From: a virus
Length of the DNA: 34,046 bases
Direction: 5' to 3' (one strand)
Virus record (IMG/VR): IMGVR_UViG_3300045988_161943
Below the pieces are notes generated by a model. The model did no database searches. It was not told the DNA's origin and saw only the letters and a list, made by a program, of their open reading frames with translations. Of this stretch, positions 6,852-12,118 are shown piece after piece. The first letter of the stretch is position 1, and the number at the start of each line of letters is the position of its first letter. The position numbers and the translations under genes were made by a program.

Positions 6852-7082
6852 CTGGATTCATTTGTCCCGGTGGTCCTCGCCGCTCGTGTCGTCGCAGCTT
6901 CGGAGCCTGTGCCGGTTTGTTGCGCTTCGGCTATTCGCCGTCGCGGGGCTGTCTCTTCGAGTCTTGCCCACGACCCGCCGATTTGGGTATTATCGGCCTA
7001 CCCGGTACTCTTTCTGCCCTTGCGGGCTGGGGTGATTTTGCCAGAGCACCAAACCCCTCACCTCTGCGGGTGGCTATCGTTG
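6852..7082 (-). ncRNA. Candidate structured RNA, copy 1 (231-nt GC-rich spacer between tRNAs).
   Basis: No credible ORF. Local helices include GCCC-GCAA-GGGC (GNRA loop on the minus strand; plus 7016-7027), GCCGAT/ATCGGC (6977-6982/6992-6997), interleaved GGGTA/TACCC (6985-6989/6999-7003), and CGGC/GCCG plus GCG/CGC (6922-6944). Confidence 0.45.
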
Positions 7083-7153
7083 TGGTGTAGGCAGGATTCG
7101 AACCTGCGACTTCACCTCCAAAGGGTGACGTGTTGCCCCTACACCACGGCGCA
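7083..7153 (-). pseudogene. Chimeric tRNA copy: tRNA-Gln(UUG) body joined to the 3' acceptor strand of the upstream tRNA-like gene.
   Basis: Identical to tRNA-Gln from the 5' end through the T arm. The 3' strand is CUACACC-A, which cannot pair with the 5' UGCGCCG. Confidence 0.6.
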
Positions 7154-7384
7154 CTGGATTCATTTGTCCCGGTGGTCCTCGCCGCTCGTGTCGTCGCAGC
7201 TTCGGAGCCTGTGCCGGTTTGTTGCGCTTCGGCTATTCGCCGTCGCGGGGCTGTCTCTTCGAGTCTTGCCCACGACCCGCCGATTTGGGTATTATCGGCC
7301 TACCCGGTACTCTTTCTGCCCTTGCGGGCTGGGGTGATTTTGCCAGAGCACCAAACCCCTCACCTCTGCGGGTGGCTATCGTTG
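7154..7384 (-). ncRNA. Candidate structured RNA, copy 2 (identical to 6852-7082).
   Basis: Part of the 302-bp repeat. Confidence 0.45.
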
Positions 7385-7487
7385 TGGTGTAGGCAGGATT
7401 CGAACCTGCAACGAGCCGTTAGTCGCGAGTCGGCTCTCGTACCGATGACGTCTATCCTTCGTGCGTCTACCATTCCGCCACTACACC
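7385..7487 (-). tRNA. Non-canonical 103-nt tRNA-like gene (type-II-like). The anticodon is unresolved.
   Basis: It has a perfect 7-bp acceptor GGUGUAG/CUACACC, a Leu/Tyr-like D arm GCG-GAAUGGUAGA-CGC and a canonical T arm GCAGG-UUCGAAU-CCUGC. The anticodon region only forms an imperfect stem (CGAAGG/UCAUCG, loop AUAGACG). The 33-nt variable region has a 6-bp stem GAGCCG/CGGCUC and a 12-nt loop. Confidence 0.55.
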
Positions 7488-7671
7488 ATTTGCCGGTCTT
7501 TCCCGGCCGTCGTCCTGCTGCGAGCCTCACGGAGGACAGCGAGGAATACAATAATAAATATGAAAAGATACAGCACATTAAAGGCGCGCAAACCTTTGCC
7601 AAGCCCCGAAGCCGCAAAACACCCTTCTCTCAAAAACTCTAATCATGAACACCTCCGGCTTCGGGGCGCTC

Positions 7672-7947
7672 TCATTTCAATCCTGCCCCGTCGATCTTCT
7701 CGGCTTTCAGGAGCGCTTCGACTTCGAGCCGGCTGAACAGTATCGCAGAGTTTTTAGCCGCTCCGGCCTTTATTCCCTGGATATTCTTCCGCTTGATATG
7801 ATAGTCGAGCCAGTCGTTGGGATAGCTCTCGTACAATTTCCGACGTGTCATCATGTCCGACTTCGGAGCATTACGACGGCACACGGCCAAAGCCACGAGA
7901 TCGGCCGATTCGATCAGCGCATTCTGTATATCTCGGATGTTCATCAT
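7672..7947 (-). CDS. Putative DNA-binding (excisionase-like) protein, 91 aa. It is the first gene of the leftward early operon.
   Basis: ...IQGIKAGAAKNSAILFSRLEVEALL... resembles Xis/HTH_17-type C-terminal halves. Position next to the lysogeny region supports the call. Confidence 0.4.
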   Translation of the reverse strand: MMNIRDIQNALIESADLVALAVCRRNAPKSDMMTRRKLYESYPNDWLDYHIKRKNIQGIKAGAAKNSAILFSRLEVEALLKAEKIDGAGLK

Positions 7948-8058
7948 TCACAAAATTTTGCATTATGACAAAGATTCAAATTCGCGTCAGAATACGCATT
8001 CGCGCAACTGTAAGAACTTCGGTTCGAACGGTATACCGATAGCTTCTGACCGTGATAT

Positions 8059-8075
8059 GGCGGGCAATTTCCGCC
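8059..8075 (-). terminator. Hairpin GGCGG-N7-CCGCC downstream of the 8104..8337 gene.
   Basis: ggcgg 8059-8063 pairs with ccgcc 8071-8075. There is no clear U-tract. Confidence 0.3.
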
Positions 8076-8103
8076 CTCTCTAAATTTCTCCTGTCATCCG
8101 TTG

Positions 8104-8337
8104 TTATTCACGCACCCACCTGACTTTGGTGTTCTCGAATCCCCCGCGTTCACGAGCCATCCGGCGGATGCGATCCGGCTGTTCGCCATAGGTAGGATAT
8201 GTGAGATTCAATGCGTTATTCACAGTGTCAACCGTACACCCCAGCTCTGCGGCGATCTCCTTCTTTATCGCTGGCGCAACATCGATGAATCGGATCTTCT
8301 TTTTGGTCAGTTTGTTTGTAATCTCTTGATTCTTCAT
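8104..8337 (-). CDS. Small HTH regulator (77 aa), leftward arm of the switch.
   Basis: MKNQEITNKL...KKEIAAELGCTVDTVNNAL (HTH). The start at 8337 is preferred over the track start at 8406, which lies inside the AT-rich promoter region. Confidence 0.6.
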   Translation of the reverse strand: MKNQEITNKLTKKKIRFIDVAPAIKKEIAAELGCTVDTVNNALNLTYPTYGEQPDRIRRMARERGGFENTKVRWVRE

Positions 8338-8443
8338 TATATTTGCATCTAATATTATTCGTTCGGTTATCGAAACGGTTACCGTTCTATGCACTTGACA
8401 ATGCAAATATATAGCATTTTATAACATAAAGCAAATATTTTTG
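8338..8443. promoter_or_regulatory. Divergent/overlapping promoter-operator region.
   Basis: TAnnTTTG boxes are at 8338-8345 (plus sense, TATATTTG), 8411-8404 (minus sense, TATATTTG) and 8436-8443 (plus sense, TATTTTTG). There is an inverted repeat TATATTTGCAT (8338-8348) / ATGCAAATATA (8401-8411), plus AGCAAATATT at 8430-8439. Direct repeats CGGTTATCG / CGGTTACCG lie between them. Confidence 0.5.
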
Positions 8444-8479
8444 CTATAAAAATACACATTGAAGTTAAAAAATGCACAC

Positions 8480-8659
8480 ATGTCTGATTTTGAAGTATTT
8501 ATAAAAAAGAACAATCTGAAAAAGAGTGCAATAGCACAATATATTGGGGTTTCTAATGGATTTATAAAGATATATGAGTTAATTGGAATAGAGGTGCCAG
8601 ATAGTATACAAAATGCAAATACAATCACAAAAGTAAAAACCATTTTTCATCAAGGATGA
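8480..8659 (+). CDS. Small XRE/Cro-like HTH regulator (59 aa), strongly AT-rich.
   Basis: MSDFEVFIKKNNLKKSAIAQYIGVSNGFI... The ATG at 8480 is in frame with the track's TTG start at 8459. Confidence 0.55.
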   Translation: MSDFEVFIKKNNLKKSAIAQYIGVSNGFIKIYELIGIEVPDSIQNANTITKVKTIFHQG

Positions 8660-8720
8660 TAACGCTTGTCTCGACTCTCCGGCAGGCTTGTCCCTTGCGA
8701 TTGCATTTTAACAATACCTC

Positions 8721-9986
8721 ATGGAACTGCAACCCATCCAAAGCAAGATATACGAAATCCGAGGCCAGCGGGTGATGCTGGACTTCGATTTGGCGGAACT
8801 CTACCAAGTGGAGACCCGAACACTCAAACAGGCGGTACGACGCAATATTGAGCGTTTCGAAGGCGACGATTTTATGTTTGAACTCTCGGATAACGAGTAT
8901 AACGCATTGAAAGACAGAATAAGGTCACAAAATGTGATCTTAGAAATCGACGAACTCGTCGCACGCATCAAATCAGGATTGAAAGGCGGAGAGCGATTCC
9001 GGCTCGATTTCATAGCGTATATGAGGCAGGAAGCGGCGCGGATGAATTCCGGTACGGCATCGATTTACATGACAGCCCTCAACGCGCTGAGACGATACAT
9101 TGGCCGCGATACGCTCGACATCGGCGAGATCACGGCACCGTTCATCAAAGGATTCGTGCAATTCATCGAATCGGAGCCTTCGCAACGAGGCGCCAACCGA
9201 AAGCAGAAAGGTGAAACTGCAACCAAAAACAAGGGCAACAGGGCACTGTCTCTGTATATTTCGCGCATCAAAACCATCTATAACCGCGCGAAGGAAGAGT
9301 TCAACGATGAAGAACTCGGACAAATGAATATTCTGGGCAACCCTTTCAGAAACTTGCGCCTCGAAACACCCGCGCCGACGGCCAAACGAGCCATCTCCGC
9401 GGAGTCGATACAGCAGATAATCGACTTGCCGCCACTCGCCAACGAACGCGCTCGGATGGCGCGGGATTGCTTCCTCCTGTCGTTCGCACTGATGGGGATG
9501 AACAGCGCCGATCTGCTGACCTGCCCGCCGGCCAGGAAGGACGAAATCGTGTATTTCCGGCAAAAAACCGCATCCCGCCGCACGGACCGTGCAGAAATGC
9601 ACGTTCGGATAGAGCCGTGCGTCAGCCCTTTGATCGCTCGCTATTCGGATAAGACGGGGAAACGGCTGCTTCACTTCTACCTCCGCTACAAAGATCGCGT
9701 GTCATTCAACAAAGCGATCAACAAAGGCCTGAAAGATGTCGGCGAGGCGATAGGCGTCGATGGCCTGACGTTCTACGCTGCGCGGCACTCCTGGGCAACC
9801 ATAGCGCGGACTCCCCGAGAGGAGGGCGGAGCCGGACTGGACAAATACGTGATTCATGAAGCGTTGAATCACGTTGACACATCCATGAAAGTCACCGATA
9901 TTTACCTCGTGAAAAACTGGCGTGTCATTTTCGACGCCAACAAAGCCGTAATGAATCTTTTCGATTGGAGCGGAATCGGGAAATAA
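8721..9986 (+). CDS. int: Tyrosine recombinase (integrase) with an N-terminal partial ORF6N domain replacing the usual arm-binding domain.
   Basis: The N-terminus MELQPIQSKIYEIRGQRVMLDFDLAELYQVETRTLKQAVRRNIERFEGDDFMFEL is an ORF6N signature. A SAM-like domain follows (TASIYMTALNALRRYIG...FIKGFVQFI). Catalytic motifs are YFRQKT, ARHSWAT, HEALNH and TDIYL. Confidence 0.85.
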   Translation: MELQPIQSKIYEIRGQRVMLDFDLAELYQVETRTLKQAVRRNIERFEGDDFMFELSDNEYNALKDRIRSQNVILEIDELVARIKSGLKGGERFRLDFIAYMRQEAARMNSGTASIYMTALNALRRYIGRDTLDIGEITAPFIKGFVQFIESEPSQRGANRKQKGETATKNKGNRALSLYISRIKTIYNRAKEEFNDEELGQMNILGNPFRNLRLETPAPTAKRAISAESIQQIIDLPPLANERARMARDCFLLSFALMGMNSADLLTCPPARKDEIVYFRQKTASRRTDRAEMHVRIEPCVSPLIARYSDKTGKRLLHFYLRYKDRVSFNKAINKGLKDVGEAIGVDGLTFYAARHSWATIARTPREEGGAGLDKYVIHEALNHVDTSMKVTDIYLVKNWRVIFDANKAVMNLFDWSGIGK

Positions 9987-9999
9987 TTCCGGCAACGAG

Positions 10000-10575
10000 T
10001 TATCGGAACACGGCCCATCCTATTTTCGTGCCGACATATTGTTTTTCCCGGATCGGATCATACCCTACTATGACCTCACCGCTCCATCGGCCTCTCGTAT
10101 AGCGTCCGTAGATGCCCGCCCACTGGTTGTATGGATCGATTCCGAGGGCGAGCCCCATTTCCCAGCGCGGCGGCCGCACCTCAGTATGCAGTTTTGTAAC
10201 CGTAATCTCACGGAAAACCGGCTTTACTACGGCCGAAGCCCGCAACAGCCGGTTTTCTCCTACGGTCGCATCAACAAGGAATGTTCCGGTCGAATCGGCG
10301 GAGAAATCCAGCCGGTAATCCCGTTCGAGCAGATAGTCGGCGATGATTGCGGCTGTATCTACACTCATGTATTTCCACACCGTATCGGCCGGTTCGCGCA
10401 CCGCGACCGGATAAGATTCCCGAATGGTGTCGTACACGGGAACCGGCCACGGCACCCATCGGGTAACGGTGCTGTCGCGCATTTCGACGGAAGCCGCCCC
10501 GCGGCGGTAGCCCCAGCCGAAAAACAGTGAACCGACGATGAGCACGGCCAACAAGTATGCGAGCAGTCGTCTCAC
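10000..10575 (-). CDS. Membrane-anchored protein, last gene of the lysis cassette (possible spanin-like or OM-disruption role).
   Basis: N-terminal TM segment RRLLAYLLAVLIVGSLFFGW, a beta-rich C-terminus ending ...GWAVFR. The GTG start overlaps the endolysin stop (GTGA at 10572-10575). Confidence 0.55.
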   Translation of the reverse strand: MRRLLAYLLAVLIVGSLFFGWGYRRGAASVEMRDSTVTRWVPWPVPVYDTIRESYPVAVREPADTVWKYMSVDTAAIIADYLLERDYRLDFSADSTGTFLVDATVGENRLLRASAVVKPVFREITVTKLHTEVRPPRWEMGLALGIDPYNQWAGIYGRYTRGRWSGEVIVGYDPIREKQYVGTKIGWAVFR

Positions 10576-10976
10576 AGATGCAACACCTGCCTTCGGTTCT
10601 TCCCGTCGGCACGGTATGAAATATGGATCCAGCGGCCCCGATTCTCGTCGATGAGCTGGTCGAAGGGGATCGCGCTGGCTGCGATGCGTTCGAACAGCCG
10701 CAGATTATCCGCGACGCTGCCGGTGGTGATGTCGGCCGCTTCGCCCTTCATGTGCTGACTTGCCGCAGCTCCGCCGACGGCTGCGTTGAGCGCCGGCGAT
10801 CGGTAGCCGCTGTTCACGCCGATCGGCTTGCCCCAAAGTTCGCGCACGGGATCGAGGCATTCGTCCATCAGCGCATTGAGCCGGCGAATGACGTCGTGCG
10901 ACGGCGCGTTGTCGATGCTGCGCGCTGCGGCCGTATCGGAACGCAGCAATTCGGAAAGGGTGAAATACGTTGCCAT
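10572..10976 (-). CDS. Endolysin, peptidase M15 (D-Ala-D-Ala carboxypeptidase-like) family.
   Basis: SGYRSPALN, SQHMKGEAADI and WIHISY are metal-ligand and active-site motifs of M15A/M15_3. Confidence 0.8.
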   Translation of the reverse strand: MATYFTLSELLRSDTAAARSIDNAPSHDVIRRLNALMDECLDPVRELWGKPIGVNSGYRSPALNAAVGGAAASQHMKGEAADITTGSVADNLRLFERIAASAIPFDQLIDENRGRWIHISYRADGKNRRQVLHL

Positions 10977-10978
10977 AC

Positions 10979-11161
10979 CTATCCTTTCATTCGGTCATAC
11001 CACATCTTTGCCTGCCAGCCTGCGGCGGCTCCTGCGGCCGCCCCGAATCCTGCGCAGAGCGTCGCCGTGGTGCGGATGCCGCTCGGCAGGAGATTGAACA
11101 GAACGACCAGCGCAATGACGGCGGCCGACACGCAGAGCGCGATTTTGACTTGCTTTTTCAT
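10979..11161 (-). CDS. Holin candidate (60 aa, two hydrophobic segments).
   Basis: KIALCVSAAVIALVVLFNLL and LCAGFGAAAGAAAGW segments, with a charged C-terminus. It lies immediately upstream of the endolysin. Confidence 0.6.
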   Translation of the reverse strand: MKKQVKIALCVSAAVIALVVLFNLLPSGIRTTATLCAGFGAAAGAAAGWQAKMWYDRMKG

Positions 11162-11195
11162 GGTTTTTACAGTACTAAGGTTAAAACAATATATG

Positions 11196-11798
11196 TTATC
11201 GATACTCGGGCAGCAGGTATTGGATGTTCATGGCCGCCGTGTGCATGATCTCCCGCGCATTCTCCTCCGATACGGACAGCGGGCGGGTGAACTCGCAGAA
11301 GATGCTGCCTATCCAGTCGTGGCGGTTGTCGTTGAGCCGTTTGATGATGGCCGCCCGACATCCGTAACTCGAAAGGATGGACTTCGCATATTTGTCGTTC
11401 ACCTGCTCGTCGATGTCCGTGATGTAGAGGAAGAGGTTCTTCACCAGATCGCTGCTGAACTTCGGCACCTCCGAAATCGGAAGGCCCTGCATGTGCGGTT
11501 TCATCGGTTCCACCCCTTTGCGCTTGACCTCGTAATAGACGGACAGCAGGCTTTCGTTGCCGAGCGGATGCGGCTGTACGATATAGACCCGATCGGCATC
11601 CAGCTCGTGCAGAACGCTCCACAACTCACCGTATACGATAGACGAATTGTCGGCCCGACGGATACTTTTCGTCTCTTCGTCCTTTTTGAACTTCTCGATT
11701 TTCAGGTCGGTCAGCTTGTTTTTGCTGTACTGGTTATAGGCGAACCACGCAGCGATAATAGTTCCGAGGGCACTGATGATTGCGGGGAGGTATTCCAT
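11196..11798 (-). CDS. Membrane-anchored protein of unknown function (200 aa), in a moron-like position.
   Basis: N-terminal TM segment LPAIISALGTIIAAWFAY. It is flanked by its own intergenic regions (11799-11890 and 11162-11195), between the fibre and lysis genes. Confidence 0.65.
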   Translation of the reverse strand: MEYLPAIISALGTIIAAWFAYNQYSKNKLTDLKIEKFKKDEETKSIRRADNSSIVYGELWSVLHELDADRVYIVQPHPLGNESLLSVYYEVKRKGVEPMKPHMQGLPISEVPKFSSDLVKNLFLYITDIDEQVNDKYAKSILSSYGCRAAIIKRLNDNRHDWIGSIFCEFTRPLSVSEENAREIMHTAAMNIQYLLPEYR

Positions 11799-11890
11799 AG
11801 CGATTTCAAAGGTTAGGCGTCGTGTACATGCAGTGATTCCACCTCTTCGCGCTGCGCCACCCGCTCGGCTTCGAGCTCGGCGAGGGTCAG

Positions 11891-12118
11891 TTAGTTACGG
11901 TTGTACTCCTCTTCTATCTGCCGGCGTTCGTCGTCTGTCAGCGACAGAATTTCCGAATCGGGCGGAAACAGAATGCCGGAATCCGTGTAGTTCCATTTTT
12001 CCAATCCCCGTTCATCGGTAATCTTTCCCCCGTACAGGTTGCACAGGACGCTGCCGTCCTCCACGATTTGCATCGCTTCCGCCTCGCTATAAGGCGGGAA
12101 ATCGATCTTCTTTCTCAT
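11891..12118 (-). CDS. Hypothetical protein (75 aa).
   Basis: ATGA overlap with the fibre gene stop (12115-12118). Confidence 0.55.
   Translation of the reverse strand: MRKKIDFPPYSEAEAMQIVEDGSVLCNLYGGKITDERGLEKWNYTDSGILFPPDSEILSLTDDERRQIEEEYNRN

Larger units (their letters stand above)
6788..7409. repeat. Perfect tandem duplication, period 302 bp, about 2.06 copies (6788-7089, 7090-7391, plus 18 nt). The boundaries lie in the shared tRNA T-arm.
   Basis: Base-by-base comparison of the two units. The identical peptides in the spurious ORFs 6828..7337 and 7130..7642 confirm identity. Confidence 0.9.

Noticed and set aside
6852-7384. The spacer RNA as a tmRNA, RNase P RNA, group I intron or self-cleaving ribozyme.
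   Set aside because: I found no tag-like reading frame with an ANDENYALAA-type ending. There is no GAGGAAAGUCC-type RNase P core and no CUGAUGA/GAAA hammerhead core. The flanking tRNAs are complete without needing splicing. None of these can be excluded without covariance-model searches.
7385-7487. The tRNA-like gene as a stop-codon suppressor tRNA (genetic-code recoding).
   Set aside because: No CUA/UCA/UUA triplet sits in a credible U33-anticodon-R37 loop context. All genes in the window also read through normally with the standard code.
6724-7642. Plus-strand ORFs 6724..7035, 6828..7337 and 7130..7642 (103-170 aa), plus 7360..7617 (-).
   Set aside because: They run through tRNA genes and the duplicated spacer. 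Their repeated peptides merely mirror the 302-bp DNA repeat, and their composition (Cys/Arg/Leu/Pro-rich) is not protein-like.
9987-9999. attP immediately downstream of the integrase gene.
   Set aside because: Only 13 nt separate the convergent integrase and lysis-cassette stops, which leaves no room for a core plus arm sites. attP must be elsewhere; see the candidates at 7488-7671 and 7948-8103.
10623-11816. Long plus-strand ORF (397 aa). Similar antisense ORFs are 23058..24389 (443 aa), 19790..20716 (308 aa), 4534..5379 (281 aa), 20703..21368, 21795..22409, 12283..12879 and 8973..9674.
   Set aside because: They lie antisense to well-supported genes (lysis genes, capsid, tail, KilA-N, integrase). 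They are rich in Arg, His and Val with low complexity, which is typical of shadow ORFs in GC-rich coding DNA.
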